A DNA stretch of 64,000 bases from Clostridia bacterium (GTDB lineage Bacteria; Bacillota; Clostridia; Christensenellales; CAG-138): positions 69,476 through 133,475 of the forward strand of contig JAFWOT010000012.1 in assembly GCA_017509785.1 (NCBI GenBank), given 5' to 3'. How positions within the stretch are numbered: position 1 is the first letter of the stretch; the number at the start of each line of letters is the position of its first letter. The notes beneath the pieces were generated by a model, which was not told the DNA's origin, did no database searches, and was given only the letters and a program-made list of their open reading frames with translations. Shown here piece after piece: positions 25,401 to 32,454 of this stretch. A program made the translations under genes and the position numbers.

Positions 25401-26727
25401 GACGATCTCCGGAGTGCAGGATAAGACCGTCTACGGTTACGTGAAGCACTACTGCGAGGATCTCGGGCTCAATAAATCCGAAGCGGAGATAAACCGTCTC
25501 GTCCAGGGCTGCCTCGGGGTCAAGAAGACCTCCGGTCAGCACCCGGGCGGAATAGTCATCGTCCCCGAGGATTACGAGATCTTCGATTTCTGCCCCGTGC
25601 AGCACCCCGCCGACAAGAACGACGCCGGCTCGGTCACGACGCACTTCGATTTCCATGCCCTCGACGATAAGCTCGTTAAGCTCGACATACTCGGCCATGA
25701 CGACCCGACCGTGCTGAGGATGCTCCACGATATAACCGGGCTCGATCCTCGCACCATCCCGCTCGACGATCCGGAGACAATGAGCATCTACCGCACGGAC
25801 GAGGCCTTGAAGGTCAGCCTGAAGCCCCTCGGGTGCGACGTCGGCTCCCTTGCGATACCCGAATTCGGCACCAACTTCGTAAGGGGTATGCTCGTCGAGA
25901 CCCGCCCCACCACGATGGAGGAGCTTGTCCGCATATCGGGGCTTTCCCACGGAACGGACGTCTGGAACAACAACGCACAGGTCCTCGTCGAGAACGGCAC
26001 GGCGACCCTCATGGAGGTCATCTGCACCCGAGATGATATAATGAATTATCTCATCTCGATGGGCGGCGATCCCTCGCTTTCGTTCAAGACGATGGAATCC
26101 GTCCGAAAGGGCAGGGGCCTCAAGGAGGAGATGGAGACCATGATGCGTGAGATAAGCGTCCCCGAATGGTTCATAGACAGCTGCAAAAAGATCAAATACA
26201 TGTTCCCGCGGGCGCACGCCGCGGCCTACGTAATGATGAGCTTCCGCGTCGCCTACTATAAGGTGCATTACCCGCTCGAATTCTACTCCGTCTATTTCAC
26301 CGTCCGAGCGGATACTTTCGATATCCAACTCTGCCGGGGAGGGCTCGAAGCCGTAATGGAGAACCTGAAACTCCTTAAATCCAAGGACAAGCCCGAGCAG
26401 AAGGAGAAGGACGCCATCACCATATTGGAAGTCGTCGCCGAAATGAACCTCCGCGGGTTCGAGCTGCTCCCCGTCGATATTTATAAATCGAAGGCCAAGA
26501 CCTTCGTCATCGAGGACGGGAAGATCCGCCCGCCGTTCACGTCCGTCGCCGGTCTCGGCGAGAACGTCGCCCTCCAGATAGAGAGCGCCGCAAAGGACGG
26601 CGAATACTCCTCGCGCGAGGATTTTGCCGTGCGAACGAAGGCGAATACCGCGATCATGGAGAAGCTCGCCGAGCTCGGCTGCTTTGACGAGCTGCCCGAC
26701 ACGGATCAGATAAGCTTTGGGGTATGA
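22426..26727 (+). CDS. polC: DNA polymerase III PolC-type (Gram-positive replicative polymerase). Its exonuclease insert appears degenerate.
   Basis: 1433 aa. Split PHP (VELHLHTQSS, AITDHG, GCEGY ... YHIILLA, GSACEAG, ATCDVHF). Zn-finger CPECRYSE...CPKCG. Polymerase core GGIVIVP and DILGHDD. ATGA overlap with ispG. Confidence 0.97.
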   Translation: MSGSEYVEMGGRLQKDSAFKISKAAWVKSLGRFDVGVEAARMLLPNEMEAVERVIKAKLDTPSVTCRFDFKKALEEFSQLPDGELAGFFIESWSQLCPELAPVLGNCAVEVTGEKDSRVFCLAAAPALVFALSDDRVTGFRAAANEIWGWNFAVRVTADDSITELRRVDISAYSERAVGDLPAGSVPAPKPQRRAKQNSPAEGVIYGKDISNASVLSMAEFGEQTGTAAAVGSMIDMEVTETRNKQRSIIKFTFTDKTNSLTVKLFPKSDKAGEIVSALEDVKKKGDLLAVRGSYEYDSYSRDYVFIASDINRRKAVKRSDDSPAGEKRVELHLHTQSSTMDALTKVDEVVRTAYRWGHRAVAITDHGVVHSLPEAMKAYKDLKKKAAEEGKEFDFKVIFGCEGYLVNDSTDHSPDESDFTAVSATAAQSPAGTSVFEICAIRFDPSGSEKGFFRTLVNSGAALPAWAAEECGVDEAERASAPDQMTAVNELLRFAEGSVIAAYNDGVMNGLAAQLPDEDSFPFEYVDINKLELNVHLDVKDYSMESGCAPISGRYEAAPLRPAEENARSIRDLLLGMIGELRERGCGVLPRWDRRSPDFKKLQRYHIILLASSLPGLKNLYKLVSYSHLQYFHKRPCIPRSLLNMLRGGIILGSACEAGELYRAVSRGRSDEEQRRIASWYDYLEIQPLDNNMFMLDSDEMKWTLDDLKDHNRRVVGLADELGKPAVATCDVHFLDPDDAIYRSILLHSQGFRDATRMTPLFFRTTEEMLEEFSYLGEEKAREIVITNPNRIADLCGEQLHPFLDEQFTYSPELPNAKEILQEMTMAEAHRRYGDPLPEIVRARLDKELRSIVGNGYSSLYMVAQKLVAKSLSDGYLVGSRGSVGSSFVATMLGITEVNALPPHYLCPECRYSEFVLDSHSRCGIDLPDKLCPKCGTKLKKEGYDIPFEVFLGFKGDKTPDIDLNFSGDYQPVAHHFTEEMFGAGHAFRAGTISGVQDKTVYGYVKHYCEDLGLNKSEAEINRLVQGCLGVKKTSGQHPGGIVIVPEDYEIFDFCPVQHPADKNDAGSVTTHFDFHALDDKLVKLDILGHDDPTVLRMLHDITGLDPRTIPLDDPETMSIYRTDEALKVSLKPLGCDVGSLAIPEFGTNFVRGMLVETRPTTMEELVRISGLSHGTDVWNNNAQVLVENGTATLMEVICTRDDIMNYLISMGGDPSLSFKTMESVRKGRGLKEEMETMMREISVPEWFIDSCKKIKYMFPRAHAAAYVMMSFRVAYYKVHYPLEFYSVYFTVRADTFDIQLCRGGLEAVMENLKLLKSKDKPEQKEKDAITILEVVAEMNLRGFELLPVDIYKSKAKTFVIEDGKIRPPFTSVAGLGENVALQIESAAKDGEYSSREDFAVRTKANTAIMEKLAELGCFDELPDTDQISFGV

Positions 26728-26911
26728 GAAAAACGCTGTAAAATTTCCAACGTGTTTTTTCGAACACCATTTTGATGAGGATGACCTCACCCCAAGCGGG
26801 GCAGACGCATATCACCTCCGTCGATCTTGACGGGAACGTCGGCGTGAGCGACGCTCTGCTCGTGCTCCGCTTCGCAATGGGTCTTTGATACGAATAACTG
26901 AATACGGTAAA

Positions 26912-26951
26912 CTTCAAGCGGCTTCCGAAAGGAGGCCGCTTGAAGCTTTTC
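26912..26951. terminator. Intrinsic terminator downstream of polC (also faces the convergent GntR operon)
   Basis: CTTCAAGCGGC (26912-26922), a 12-nt loop, GCCGCTTGAAG (26935-26945), then CTTTTC. Confidence 0.7.
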
Positions 26952-27004
26952 GAGAAACTATATTCGGTTTGGCAGCGGCGCGTCAGCCGAAAAAAACGTC
27001 GGAA

Positions 27005-27382
27005 TCAATCCCCTTGGCCATACCTTTGCTTGACCATCCGGGCAAGCTCGTCGGGCGGGCAGCCCATGTCCTTCGCCGTGCGGATGAGCCGATCGAGCAT
27101 GGGTTCCAGTTGGGATCTCCTGCGCTGCGCGAGCTCCGCGTCGGAAAGCTCTGCAACGAAGCAGCCGCTCCCCGCGCGTGTCGTGATGAGGCCGTCAGCC
27201 TCAAGCGCTTCCCACGCGCTGCGAACGGTTATAACGCTCACCCCAAGCTCCTTTGCCGCCGTTCGGATGGAAGGTAGCGGAGTCCCCCCGGGCATACTGC
27301 GGGAGAGTATCTGCGCGGCTATCCGATCGGAGATCTGCCGGTACGCGGGGCGGACGTCTTCGGGCAGAAGCGATATGTCCAT
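27005..27382 (-). CDS. GntR-family (YtrA-like) transcriptional regulator
   Basis: PAYRQISDRIAAQILSRSMPGGTPLPSIRTAAKELGVSVITVRSAWEALEADGLITTRAGSGCFV. 125 aa with a short C-terminal domain. Confidence 0.9.
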   Translation of the reverse strand: MDISLLPEDVRPAYRQISDRIAAQILSRSMPGGTPLPSIRTAAKELGVSVITVRSAWEALEADGLITTRAGSGCFVAELSDAELAQRRRSQLEPMLDRLIRTAKDMGCPPDELARMVKQRYGQGD

Positions 27383-28059
27383 CAGAGATCCACCTTTTCG
27401 AAATTGCGTATGGACGCCCTTTCCGAAACGAGAGTCACCGCCGCGAATACTGCCGCGCAGACCGCGGTGGTTATGAGCTGGACCCCGATATCATACCCGG
27501 AAGAGGGGAACACGTCAAGGTGCTCCGCCGCCCATTTCATGAAATAGGGCGCCTGCTCTATGCGGCAGAACATGAAGAAGCCCTCCGCCGCGAATATCCA
27601 TACGAATACCGCGAACGCGGAAAGCAGGAAGCTCCTGCCCGCCTTGACGCCCGTCTTATAGAATGTCGGCATGAATACGGCGTTGAACACCGCGAAGGTG
27701 ATAAAGCTTGCCCCGATGAGCGTCGGGCATGCGTCGAGGAAAGTGTTGGGGTTGCCGAGTATCGCGTGATTGAGGAACATCATCGGCACGTACAGCACGA
27801 GCATCGCAAGCTCAAGGATCGTCACGAAGCGGTACTTCGATCTGACGGCTTCCCTCTTCCCGACGGGGAGGAGGAGCGTAAAGAGAGCGTCGTTGTTCTG
27901 CACGCTCATCTGGAAGGAATAGAATATCGCGTTGCAGACGAAGAAGCAGGGGATGGTGTAGATGTAGTTCGGGATGAGAAGCATCAGCGCGAACGCCATG
28001 AATACGAAGTTCATCGGATGCAGGCAGAGCTTCAGCTCCTTATAAAGCAGGTCACGCAT
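27382..28059 (-). CDS. ABC-2-type transporter permease (6 TM)
   Basis: Hydrophobic 225-aa product. Its start overlaps the ATPase gene end and its stop abuts the GntR start. Confidence 0.8.
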   Translation of the reverse strand: MRDLLYKELKLCLHPMNFVFMAFALMLLIPNYIYTIPCFFVCNAIFYSFQMSVQNNDALFTLLLPVGKREAVRSKYRFVTILELAMLVLYVPMMFLNHAILGNPNTFLDACPTLIGASFITFAVFNAVFMPTFYKTGVKAGRSFLLSAFAVFVWIFAAEGFFMFCRIEQAPYFMKWAAEHLDVFPSSGYDIGVQLITTAVCAAVFAAVTLVSERASIRNFEKVDL

Positions 28060-28906
28060 CGAGATCGCCCTCCTTTTCGGAATAGATCATTATGGATTCG
28101 AGGTCGGCGGGGGCCTTCCTCAGGCCCTTGAGATGGGGCGCGTCCTCCGAACGGATGAGCCCGGTGAAACCGAAGGCATGCTCCTTGAAGCCTATGAGAC
28201 GTTCCTTCGCTTCACGCAGCTCCTCAACGGAGCCGGAAACGAGCATGAATCGTGATTTGAAGGATTCGACGTCGCATGAGAGGGTTATGTTCCCCTCGCG
28301 GATATAGGTGATATGATCGGCGCATTTTTCAAGATCTGAGATTATGTGCGTCGAAAAGAGTATGCTGCGGGTGCCGTCCTCTATCACGGAGCGGAACACG
28401 TCGAGCAGATCGTCGCGCGAGACGGGATCGAGCCCGCTCGTCGGCTCGTCGAGTATGAGCAGCTCCGCGTTGTGCGATAGCGCCAGCGCGAGTGCGAATT
28501 TCACGCGCATTCCCGCGGAGAGCTCGCTGACCTTCTTGTTCTCGTCAAGTGAGAACCTTTTAAGGTACGAAGCGTAAGCCGCGTCGTCCCAATCGTCGTA
28601 AAAGCGCTTCGTGACGCGGGCGATGGTCTTCAGCTTCGCCTGCCTGTAACAGTCGAATTCGCCCATTATGAAGCCTATCCTGCGCTTTATCGCTGCCTCG
28701 TTCCCGCGAATGTTTTCCCCGCACACGCGCACTTCGCCGCCGTCGCTTCCGATAAGACCGAGCATGGCCTTCATCGTCGTCGTCTTGCCCGCGCCGTTGC
28801 GGCCGATAAAGCCCATTATATAGCCGCGCTCCAGCGAAAACGAAACGCCGTTCAGCGTGAAGCCCTCGTAACGCTTCGTCAGCCCTTCGACTTCCAAAAT
28901 GTTCAT
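28052..28906 (-). CDS. ABC transporter ATP-binding protein
   Basis: GRNGAGKTTT (Walker A), LSAGMRVKFALA (signature), LLILDEPTSGLD (Walker B). RBS AAAGGAGAC. Confidence 0.95.
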   Translation of the reverse strand: MNILEVEGLTKRYEGFTLNGVSFSLERGYIMGFIGRNGAGKTTTMKAMLGLIGSDGGEVRVCGENIRGNEAAIKRRIGFIMGEFDCYRQAKLKTIARVTKRFYDDWDDAAYASYLKRFSLDENKKVSELSAGMRVKFALALALSHNAELLILDEPTSGLDPVSRDDLLDVFRSVIEDGTRSILFSTHIISDLEKCADHITYIREGNITLSCDVESFKSRFMLVSGSVEELREAKERLIGFKEHAFGFTGLIRSEDAPHLKGLRKAPADLESIMIYSEKEGDLDA

Positions 28907-28928
28907 AGTCGTCTCCTTTTCAAAAAAC

Positions 28929-28978
28929 TGTGCTTATTGGGCAAGCACAATTATACACGGAGCGATCATCCCTGTCAA
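28929..28978 (-). promoter_or_regulatory. Consensus SigA promoter of the ABC/GntR operon with an operator palindrome at the transcription start
   Basis: On the minus strand: TTGACA (28978-28973), 17 nt, TATAAT (28955-28950). Inverted repeat TGTGCTT-n7-AAGCACA lies immediately after, at 28929-28949. Confidence 0.7.
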
Positions 28979-28987
28979 GAGGGGTGC

Positions 28988-29016
28988 GAATATTTTTTCA
29001 TGCGGGGAGAATAATA
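28988..29016 (+). promoter_or_regulatory. Candidate forespore sigma (SigG/SigF-type) promoter of spoVT
   Basis: GAATA (28988-28992), 17 nt, AATAATA (29010-29016), compared with GHATR-n17/18-CATnnTA. It lies 31 nt upstream of ATG 29047. Confidence 0.35.
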
Positions 29017-29046
29017 AAACCACGAATAAAGAAGGAGACTCGTTTA

Positions 29047-29604
29047 ATGAAAGCAACAGGGATAGTCAGAAGGATAGATGAGCTCGGGCGTGTGGTCATC
29101 CCGAAGGAGATAAGGCGCACCCTCCGCATAAGGGAGGGAGACCCGCTCGAGATATTCGTAGACCGCGAGGGCGGCGTGATATTGAGGAAGTATTCGCCCA
29201 TCGGCGAGCTCGGGGATTACGCGGAGGAGTTCGCGGCAGCGCTGCACCGTTCGCTCGGGTGCGTGTGCGCCGTCTGCGACAGGGACGTATTCATCGCGGC
29301 CGCGGGCGTCCCGAAAAAGGAGCTCGTCGGCCGTCCCGTCCATGAACAGCTCGATAACGTAATGCGGGAACGCATCAGGGCGATCGCTTCGGCAGCCTCC
29401 GGCGAGGCGGTCATCCCCGTCGCCGCGGGGGAGGACGAACCCGCTTACACGGCGGAGCTGATAGTGCCCGTCGTCTCGTCCGGGGATCCGATCGGCGCGG
29501 TGATACTCCTTTCGAAGGAGCGGGGAGCGGCATTCGGCGAAGCGCATCTCAAGGCCTGCGAAACGGCGGCAGGCTTCATGGGCAGGCAGCTCGAGGACAG
29601 GTGA
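29047..29604 (+). CDS. spoVT: Stage V sporulation protein T (AbrB/SpoVT-type regulator with a GAF-like C-terminal domain)
   Basis: MKATGIVRRIDELGRVVIPKEIRRTLRIREGDPLEIFVDREGGVILRKYSP. RBS AAGGAGA. The listed start 28930 is an upstream extension. Confidence 0.92.
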   Translation: MKATGIVRRIDELGRVVIPKEIRRTLRIREGDPLEIFVDREGGVILRKYSPIGELGDYAEEFAAALHRSLGCVCAVCDRDVFIAAAGVPKKELVGRPVHEQLDNVMRERIRAIASAASGEAVIPVAAGEDEPAYTAELIVPVVSSGDPIGAVILLSKERGAAFGEAHLKACETAAGFMGRQLEDR

Positions 29605-29636
29605 ACGCCGCGCTCTCATATTTTTTGTCCGCATGC

Positions 29637-29665
29637 TTGTTTTTTCACTCGAAAAACAGTATAAT
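29637..29665 (+). promoter_or_regulatory. SigA-type promoter of murB
   Basis: TTGTTT (29637-29642), 17 nt, TATAAT (29660-29665). Confidence 0.55.
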
Positions 29666-29696
29666 TAGCATGGATAATTGTTGAAAGGGACACGAT

Positions 29697-30593
29697 ATGA
29701 GAGCATTCACCTGTGTCAAGGCATATATGGACGGCTGCGCGATACCCTATCGCACGGACGCAACGGGCAGGGACAGCACCACCTTCAAAGTGGGCGGGCC
29801 GCTTGCCCTTCTCGCGGAGCCTTCTGACGCGGCTTCCGCGGAAAAACTCATAAGCTATATAACGGAAAAGGAGATCCCGTACTATATCATCGGCAACGGG
29901 AGCAATCTCCTCATCCCCGACGAGGGAGTCGACAAACTCTTCATCCGCTTTGCCGGGGAGCTTGCGGATTTCCGCATAGAGGGGAACGAGCTCATATGCG
30001 GCGCGGGAGCCTCCATGGCTTCCGCCGCGAAGCGTTCCGTCGCCGAGGGGCTGATGGGCCTCGAATGGGCGGCGGGGATACCCGGCACGGTGGGCGGCGC
30101 CGTCGCGATGAACGCGGGCGCCTACGGCGGGGAGATAAAGCAGGTATTGAAGGAGGTCACCGTCATCGAGGGCGGCAAACTCAAAACCGTTAAGGCGGAA
30201 GACTCCGCAATGGGCTACCGCAGGAGCGCATATTCCTTCCCGGGGATGACGGTGCTCGAAGCGGTGTTTTCCCTCCGCCCGGACGACGGCGGAGCCGCCT
30301 CCCGCATGGAGGATTATTCCAGGAGGAGGCGCGAAAAACAGCCCCTCTCATACCCCTCGGCGGGGAGCACTTTCAAGCGTCCGGAGGGGCATTTCGCGGG
30401 CGCCCTCATAGAAAAGGCGGGGCTGAAGGGCTTTTCCGTCGGAGGGGCGCAAGTCAGCGAGAAGCACGCGGGCTTCGTGATAAATACCGGTAACGCGACG
30501 GCCTCCGACGTGATGGAGGTCATTCGCAGCGTCCGGCAGGCCGTGTTCGAATCCGAAGGCGTTATGCTGGAGCCGGAAGTCAAGATCCTGTAA
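29697..30593 (+). CDS. murB: UDP-N-acetylenolpyruvoylglucosamine reductase
   Basis: TTFKVGGPL...YYIIGNGSNLL...GIPGTVGGAVAMNAGAYGGEI...PSAGSTFKRP...GGAQVSEKHAGFVIN. Confidence 0.95.
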   Translation: MRAFTCVKAYMDGCAIPYRTDATGRDSTTFKVGGPLALLAEPSDAASAEKLISYITEKEIPYYIIGNGSNLLIPDEGVDKLFIRFAGELADFRIEGNELICGAGASMASAAKRSVAEGLMGLEWAAGIPGTVGGAVAMNAGAYGGEIKQVLKEVTVIEGGKLKTVKAEDSAMGYRRSAYSFPGMTVLEAVFSLRPDDGGAASRMEDYSRRRREKQPLSYPSAGSTFKRPEGHFAGALIEKAGLKGFSVGGAQVSEKHAGFVINTGNATASDVMEVIRSVRQAVFESEGVMLEPEVKIL

Positions 30594-30606
30594 GAAGGAG
30601 GAAGCG

Positions 30607-31482
30607 ATGAACGTACTTATAGTGACAGGTCTCAGCGGAGCCGGCAAATCCGGAGCGCTTCGCGCGCTTGAGGATACGGGCTATCTCTGCGTGGACAACC
30701 TCCCGAGCGGTCTCGTGAACAGCTATCTTGAGCTCTGCAGGACGGCGGAGCCGCCGGTAGAGCGGGTGGCGTTCGTTATCGACAGCAGGGAATCCGTATT
30801 CCGTTACAGCAATGAAAGGATGTTCCAGACCCTCGACCGGCTGGACGAGCCCCACGAGATACTCTTCCTCGACTGCTCGAACGAGGTGCTTCAGCGCCGC
30901 TACAGCGAGACCCGCCGCAGGCACCCCATGCATGACGACGTCACCGCCGGGATCCTCATCGAAAGGGAGCTTCTCGCCCCGCTGAAGGAGCGTGCGAGTT
31001 ATATCGTCGATACGACGGATATGACCCCGAGGGATCTTCAGCGCAAGATAGAGGACGTTATAAACGTGAAGGACAGGGACACGTTCCGCCTCGTCATATC
31101 GAGCTTCGGCTTCAAGAGGGGGATCCCTTTGAACGCCGATATAGTCATCGATATGCGCTATACCGCGAACCCCTATTATGAGGAGAGCCTGCGCAGGCTC
31201 TCGGGGCGTGACAAGCCCGTTTTCGATTACGTGATGCGCGATCCCATAGTTCAGCGCCATCTTGATAGTATCTCCGAGTCGCTGTTCGAGCTCATTCCCG
31301 CCTATGAGCGGGAGGGCAAGCGAAGGCTCATGATCAGCTTCGGCTGTACGGGCGGAAGACACAGATCGGTCGCCATGACGGAAGCGCTCTACGAGCGGAT
31401 GAAGGACTTCAGGAACACAAGTATCGAACACAGGGATCTCGTCATCGAGGCGGAATCCATTTCCGAAAGATTCGAGGGTTAG
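30607..31482 (+). CDS. rapZ: RNase adapter protein RapZ (P-loop NTPase)
   Basis: VLIVTGLSGAGKSGALRALEDTGYLCVDNLP...FGFKRGIPLNADIVIDMRY..NPYY...GCTGGRHRSV. Confidence 0.94.
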   Translation: MNVLIVTGLSGAGKSGALRALEDTGYLCVDNLPSGLVNSYLELCRTAEPPVERVAFVIDSRESVFRYSNERMFQTLDRLDEPHEILFLDCSNEVLQRRYSETRRRHPMHDDVTAGILIERELLAPLKERASYIVDTTDMTPRDLQRKIEDVINVKDRDTFRLVISSFGFKRGIPLNADIVIDMRYTANPYYEESLRRLSGRDKPVFDYVMRDPIVQRHLDSISESLFELIPAYEREGKRRLMISFGCTGGRHRSVAMTEALYERMKDFRNTSIEHRDLVIEAESISERFEG

Positions 31483-31490
31483 GAGAGAAC

Positions 31491-32453
31491 GTGAGCTTTT
31501 CGGGCGAGGTGAAGACGGAACTGATCGAGGTGAGGCTCAGGCGAAACGACGACGGCGTGAAGCTCGTCGCCGGGTTTACGCTCGCCGGGGCTTCTCTTAA
31601 GTATTCCACCTCTCACAGGAGATGGGGGCTCCATTTCGTAAGCGAGAACTCCGCCTGCATCAATTTCATAGCAAAGCTCGCGTGCAGGGCCTACGATCTC
31701 GAACCGGAGATATCCTTAAATGTCCATCAGCGGCTCCGCGCAAGAAACACGGAGCTCTTCCTCTGCGGGAAGGACGTGGACAGGCTCTGCCTCGATTCGG
31801 GGCTCATCAGCCTCGACGAAAACGGAGAAAAGACATTCACCCCAAGGCTCCCCGAAGGCCTCGAAGCGGAGCATGCCTGCCGCGCCTTCGTGCGCGGCGT
31901 GTTCCTCGCCTGCGGGACGGTCTCCGACCCCTCGAGTGGGTGCCACGCGGAGCTCGTATTGAAGAACGAGCAGGTGGCGAAGGGCATCGCGGAACTCCTT
32001 GCCGAGAGGCAGATCCCGCCGAAGATAACTACGCGCCGCGGCCTCCGGGTCGTCTATATGAAGAACGGCGACACCGTAGAGGATTTCCTCACGTTCATGG
32101 GCGCGGGCGAGGCGATGCTCGCCGTGCGTGAACAGAGGATGCTGCGCGAGGTCAAGAACAACTCGAACAGGGAGGTCAACTGCTTCTCCGCCAACATGGA
32201 GAAGGCGGCGAAGGCCTCCGCCGCCCAGGTGGAGGACATAAGGCTCATCATTTCGGAGCTCGGCCCGGACGCCCTCAGCGAGGGGCTCTATGAGGTGGCA
32301 TACGCCCGCATGGGAAACCCCGAGCTGACTCTGTCCGAGCTGGCGGCCGCCGTCGGGATAGGCAGATCGGCCGTCAATTACAGGCTGAAACGCATTGCGG
32401 CCATAGCCGCCGAGATAAGAAAACAGAACGGGAGAAACGCAAACACGGATTGA
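31491..32453 (+). CDS. whiA: DNA-binding protein WhiA
   Basis: GTG start. SFSGEVKTEL...FVRGVFLACGTVSDP...HAELV and a C-terminal HTH ELTLSELAAAVGIGRSAVNYRLKRI. Confidence 0.92.
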   Translation: MSFSGEVKTELIEVRLRRNDDGVKLVAGFTLAGASLKYSTSHRRWGLHFVSENSACINFIAKLACRAYDLEPEISLNVHQRLRARNTELFLCGKDVDRLCLDSGLISLDENGEKTFTPRLPEGLEAEHACRAFVRGVFLACGTVSDPSSGCHAELVLKNEQVAKGIAELLAERQIPPKITTRRGLRVVYMKNGDTVEDFLTFMGAGEAMLAVREQRMLREVKNNSNREVNCFSANMEKAAKASAAQVEDIRLIISELGPDALSEGLYEVAYARMGNPELTLSELAAAVGIGRSAVNYRLKRIAAIAAEIRKQNGRNANTD

Positions 32454-32454
32454 T

